A DNA stretch of 64,000 bases from Endomicrobiales bacterium (GTDB taxonomy: Bacteria > Elusimicrobiota > Endomicrobiia > Endomicrobiales > CAWCFT01). The notes below the pieces were generated by a model. It ran no database searches, was not told the DNA's origin, and was given only the letters and a program-made list of their open reading frames with translations. The position numbers were made by a program, and so were the translations under genes. The DNA lies in the NCBI GenBank assembly GCA_963794945.1, contig CAWCFT010000002.1, positions 32,001-96,000 of the forward strand, read 5' to 3'. This document shows positions 62,063 through 64,000 of this stretch, in pieces (within the stretch, counting starts at the first letter, position 1; each line of letters begins with the position of its first letter).

Positions 62063-62700
62063 AGATCGGTTCGGCTTCCTGGATAAAGAGAGGCTCTTAC
62101 CACGATAACTCGCTTGCTCTTGAAGGCCGCGTTGATTTTGTCGAGCTGCTGGTTTATACGTGGGACCGCGATCTCAAGGAATTGCTGACAAAAGAGCTCC
62201 CGAGCCTTAAAGAACTTTCTCTTTTCTACACGGTGCATCTTCCGCTGGACACGTTGGGAAACTGCAGGGATGCTTATTCTTTCTTCAAAGACGCCCGGTT
62301 CCCGGTTAAAAGTTTTACACTTCATCCGCACAAAGGCTGGGAGAAATTCATCTCGGGCAAGCCCGATGTAATACTTGAGAACCTTATAGACATCTGCGAG
62401 CCGTACGAAAGGATGTGCCTCGATATAGGCCACCTAATGCTCTCGAAAAAAGAGGATTTCCTGTTAAGGAACAAGTCATTAAAGACCATCAAGGAGTTCC
62501 ATCTGCACGGCGTAGTAAGGCAAAAAGACCATTGTGTCCTGAACCCATCAACTTTGAAATATTTAAGCGAGCTCAAGAGCCGCTACCCGCTGGTCAAAAC
62601 AGCTCTTGGCAGCAGGGAAACGCTAATGAACTTTGAAATATTCGACTTAAAAAGATTGTTGATATCATTGAGACGTTTACAAAACGGAAAGGTTCAGTAA
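62059..62700 (+). CDS. cbiR: Cobamide-remodelling phosphodiesterase CbiR-like (AP-endonuclease-2 TIM barrel)
   Basis: 'IGSASWI', 'VELL', 'YTVHLPLD', 'ENL', 'CLDIGH', 'HLHG...DH', 'FEIF'; located between cobU and cobT. Confidence 0.7.
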   Translation: MKIGSASWIKRGSYHDNSLALEGRVDFVELLVYTWDRDLKELLTKELPSLKELSLFYTVHLPLDTLGNCRDAYSFFKDARFPVKSFTLHPHKGWEKFISGKPDVILENLIDICEPYERMCLDIGHLMLSKKEDFLLRNKSLKTIKEFHLHGVVRQKDHCVLNPSTLKYLSELKSRYPLVKTALGSRETLMNFEIFDLKRLLISLRRLQNGKVQ

Positions 62701-62865
62701 GGCTGGGAAGTTCATCTTCCCAAGCCGAACGCGGAAGGAAAACTACGTTTTCCTCCGGGAGCGTTCCGGCGAGCTGTTCCTTCAATTCGAGCCGGAACAA
62801 CCCCGAGCGAATGCGAGGGTAAGTTTCGCTATAGCGAAACGCGACATAAGGGAGGTTAAAAGCAC

Positions 62866-63921
62866 ATGCAATTTCCAGAAGTTAAACCTGCAGGCAAGGC
62901 TCTAGAAGCAAGTATCAGTAAGAAGATCGATTTCCTCACAAAACCCGTGGGCAGCCTGGGTATGCTCGAGAGAATAGCGAAACAGCTTTCTCTGGTTCAG
63001 AACACGCTTAAACCCGCGATAACCAAGAAACGCGTCTACGTTTTCGCCTCTGACCACGGCGTGGCCTTGGAAGGCGTCTCGGCCTATCCTCAGGAAGTGA
63101 CCGGCCAGATGGTGCTTAACTTCCTTGGCGGTGGAGCGGCGGTGAACGTTTTTTCGCGCCATACCGGAACCGAAGTATTTGTTGTAGACGCCGGAGTTAA
63201 GTCGGACATAAACGCGACGCACAAGAACCTCATTGTCAAGAAAGTCGGCCGCTCAACAAAGAATTTTTTAAAAGAGCCCGCCATGACCAGAAGCGAAGCA
63301 GAAGCCTGCATAAAGCACGGTTTTGAGCTGGCCGAGGACGCCCTGCGCGATAAGGTTGACATCCTTGTGCTCGGCGACATGGGCATAGGCAACACAACCG
63401 TCACCGCCGCTATTGCCGCCGCGGCCGGGATCGAATTGGACAAGGTGATAGATATCGGCACCGTTATAGACGACAAAACGCTTAACCACAAAAGAGACAC
63501 GGTAATGAAGGCTCTCAAACTTCACAAACCGGATCCCAAAGACGCCATAGACATTCTTTCAAAAGTCGGCGGTTTTTGCATCGCCGAGATGACCGGACTT
63601 ATAGTAAAAGCCGCCTCCCTGCGGATACCGGTCGTGCTCGACGGCTTCCCCGTGACATCAGCCGGCCTGCTCGCCTGCCTCATCAACCCGAACGTAAAAG
63701 ATTACCTGTTCGCCGGCCACCTGTCTTTTGTCAAAGGCCATGGCGAACTGCTTAAACACCTGAAACTCGAGCCCATCCTGAAACTTGAGATGCGCCTCGG
63801 CGAAGGAACGGGCGGAGTGCTCTCTCTTTCCATGATAGAGGCTGCCATAAAGATGATGAACGAGATGGCAACATTTGACACGGCCGGCGTTTCAACCGGT
63901 GAAGAGGTAAAACCTGCTTGA
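62866..63921 (+). CDS. cobT: Nicotinate-nucleotide:DMB phosphoribosyltransferase
   Basis: 'LTKPVGSLG.LE', 'FASDHGV..EGVSAYP', 'GDMGIGNTT', 'LDGF', 'MRLGEGTG'. Confidence 0.95.
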   Translation: MQFPEVKPAGKALEASISKKIDFLTKPVGSLGMLERIAKQLSLVQNTLKPAITKKRVYVFASDHGVALEGVSAYPQEVTGQMVLNFLGGGAAVNVFSRHTGTEVFVVDAGVKSDINATHKNLIVKKVGRSTKNFLKEPAMTRSEAEACIKHGFELAEDALRDKVDILVLGDMGIGNTTVTAAIAAAAGIELDKVIDIGTVIDDKTLNHKRDTVMKALKLHKPDPKDAIDILSKVGGFCIAEMTGLIVKAASLRIPVVLDGFPVTSAGLLACLINPNVKDYLFAGHLSFVKGHGELLKHLKLEPILKLEMRLGEGTGGVLSLSMIEAAIKMMNEMATFDTAGVSTGEEVKPA

Positions 63922-64000
63922 TCAAAGACATTGTGGCTTCACTGACACTTATTACAAAGCTCCCGCTCGGGTTCCTGCACGGCAAGTGCGGAGACTTCGA
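63918..64000 (+). CDS. cobS: Probable cobalamin synthase, 5' fragment
   Basis: TTG overlapping the cobT stop gives 'MIKDIVASLTLITKLP', resembling the CobS N-terminal 'A..FLT.LP'; supported mainly by gene context. Confidence 0.6.
   Translation, partial: MIKDIVASLTLITKLPLGFLHGKCGDF

Overview
A 64-kb chromosomal window from a diderm bacterium of moderate GC. Gene content (PorV-like barrel plus CTD-type secreted protein, many palindromic intergenic repeats) resembles Elusimicrobiota or related candidate phyla; this is inference only. (1) 1-1.1 kb: divergent ABC-2 exporter. (2) ~1.4-38.9 kb: a ~37-kb Wzx/Wzy-type polysaccharide/glycosylation locus. It has AMIN-Wza, Wzc, Wzy/ligase, Wzx, WecA, about 10 glycosyltransferases, 6 SAM-methyltransferase domains, an acyltransferase, WbqC and a PIG-L deacetylase. 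It also has an LVIVD surface protein and unusual ATP-grasp-PHP-GT4 and FemX-methyltransferase(-GT4) fusions. (3) 39-45 kb: housekeeping genes separated by nested palindromic repeats. (4) 45-50.3 kb: accessory island with an orphan ParB-like gene carrying an internal perfect 20-bp palindrome, an AT-rich ABC-ATPase/TOPRIM (DUF3226-like) pair, and a complete IS1111-type IS110 element. For this IS the ends, core, circle-junction promoter and candidate bridge-RNA guides can be read from the sequence. (5) 50.4-61 kb: small or secreted proteins, a 7-repeat propeller + PorV-like pair, an ArnT-like GT and MltD. (6) 61.1-64 kb: cobalamin riboswitch and cobU-cbiR-cobT-cobS. Roughly 15-20 small indels split otherwise intact genes and are most likely long-read assembly errors. 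No rRNA, tRNA or CRISPR array was seen.
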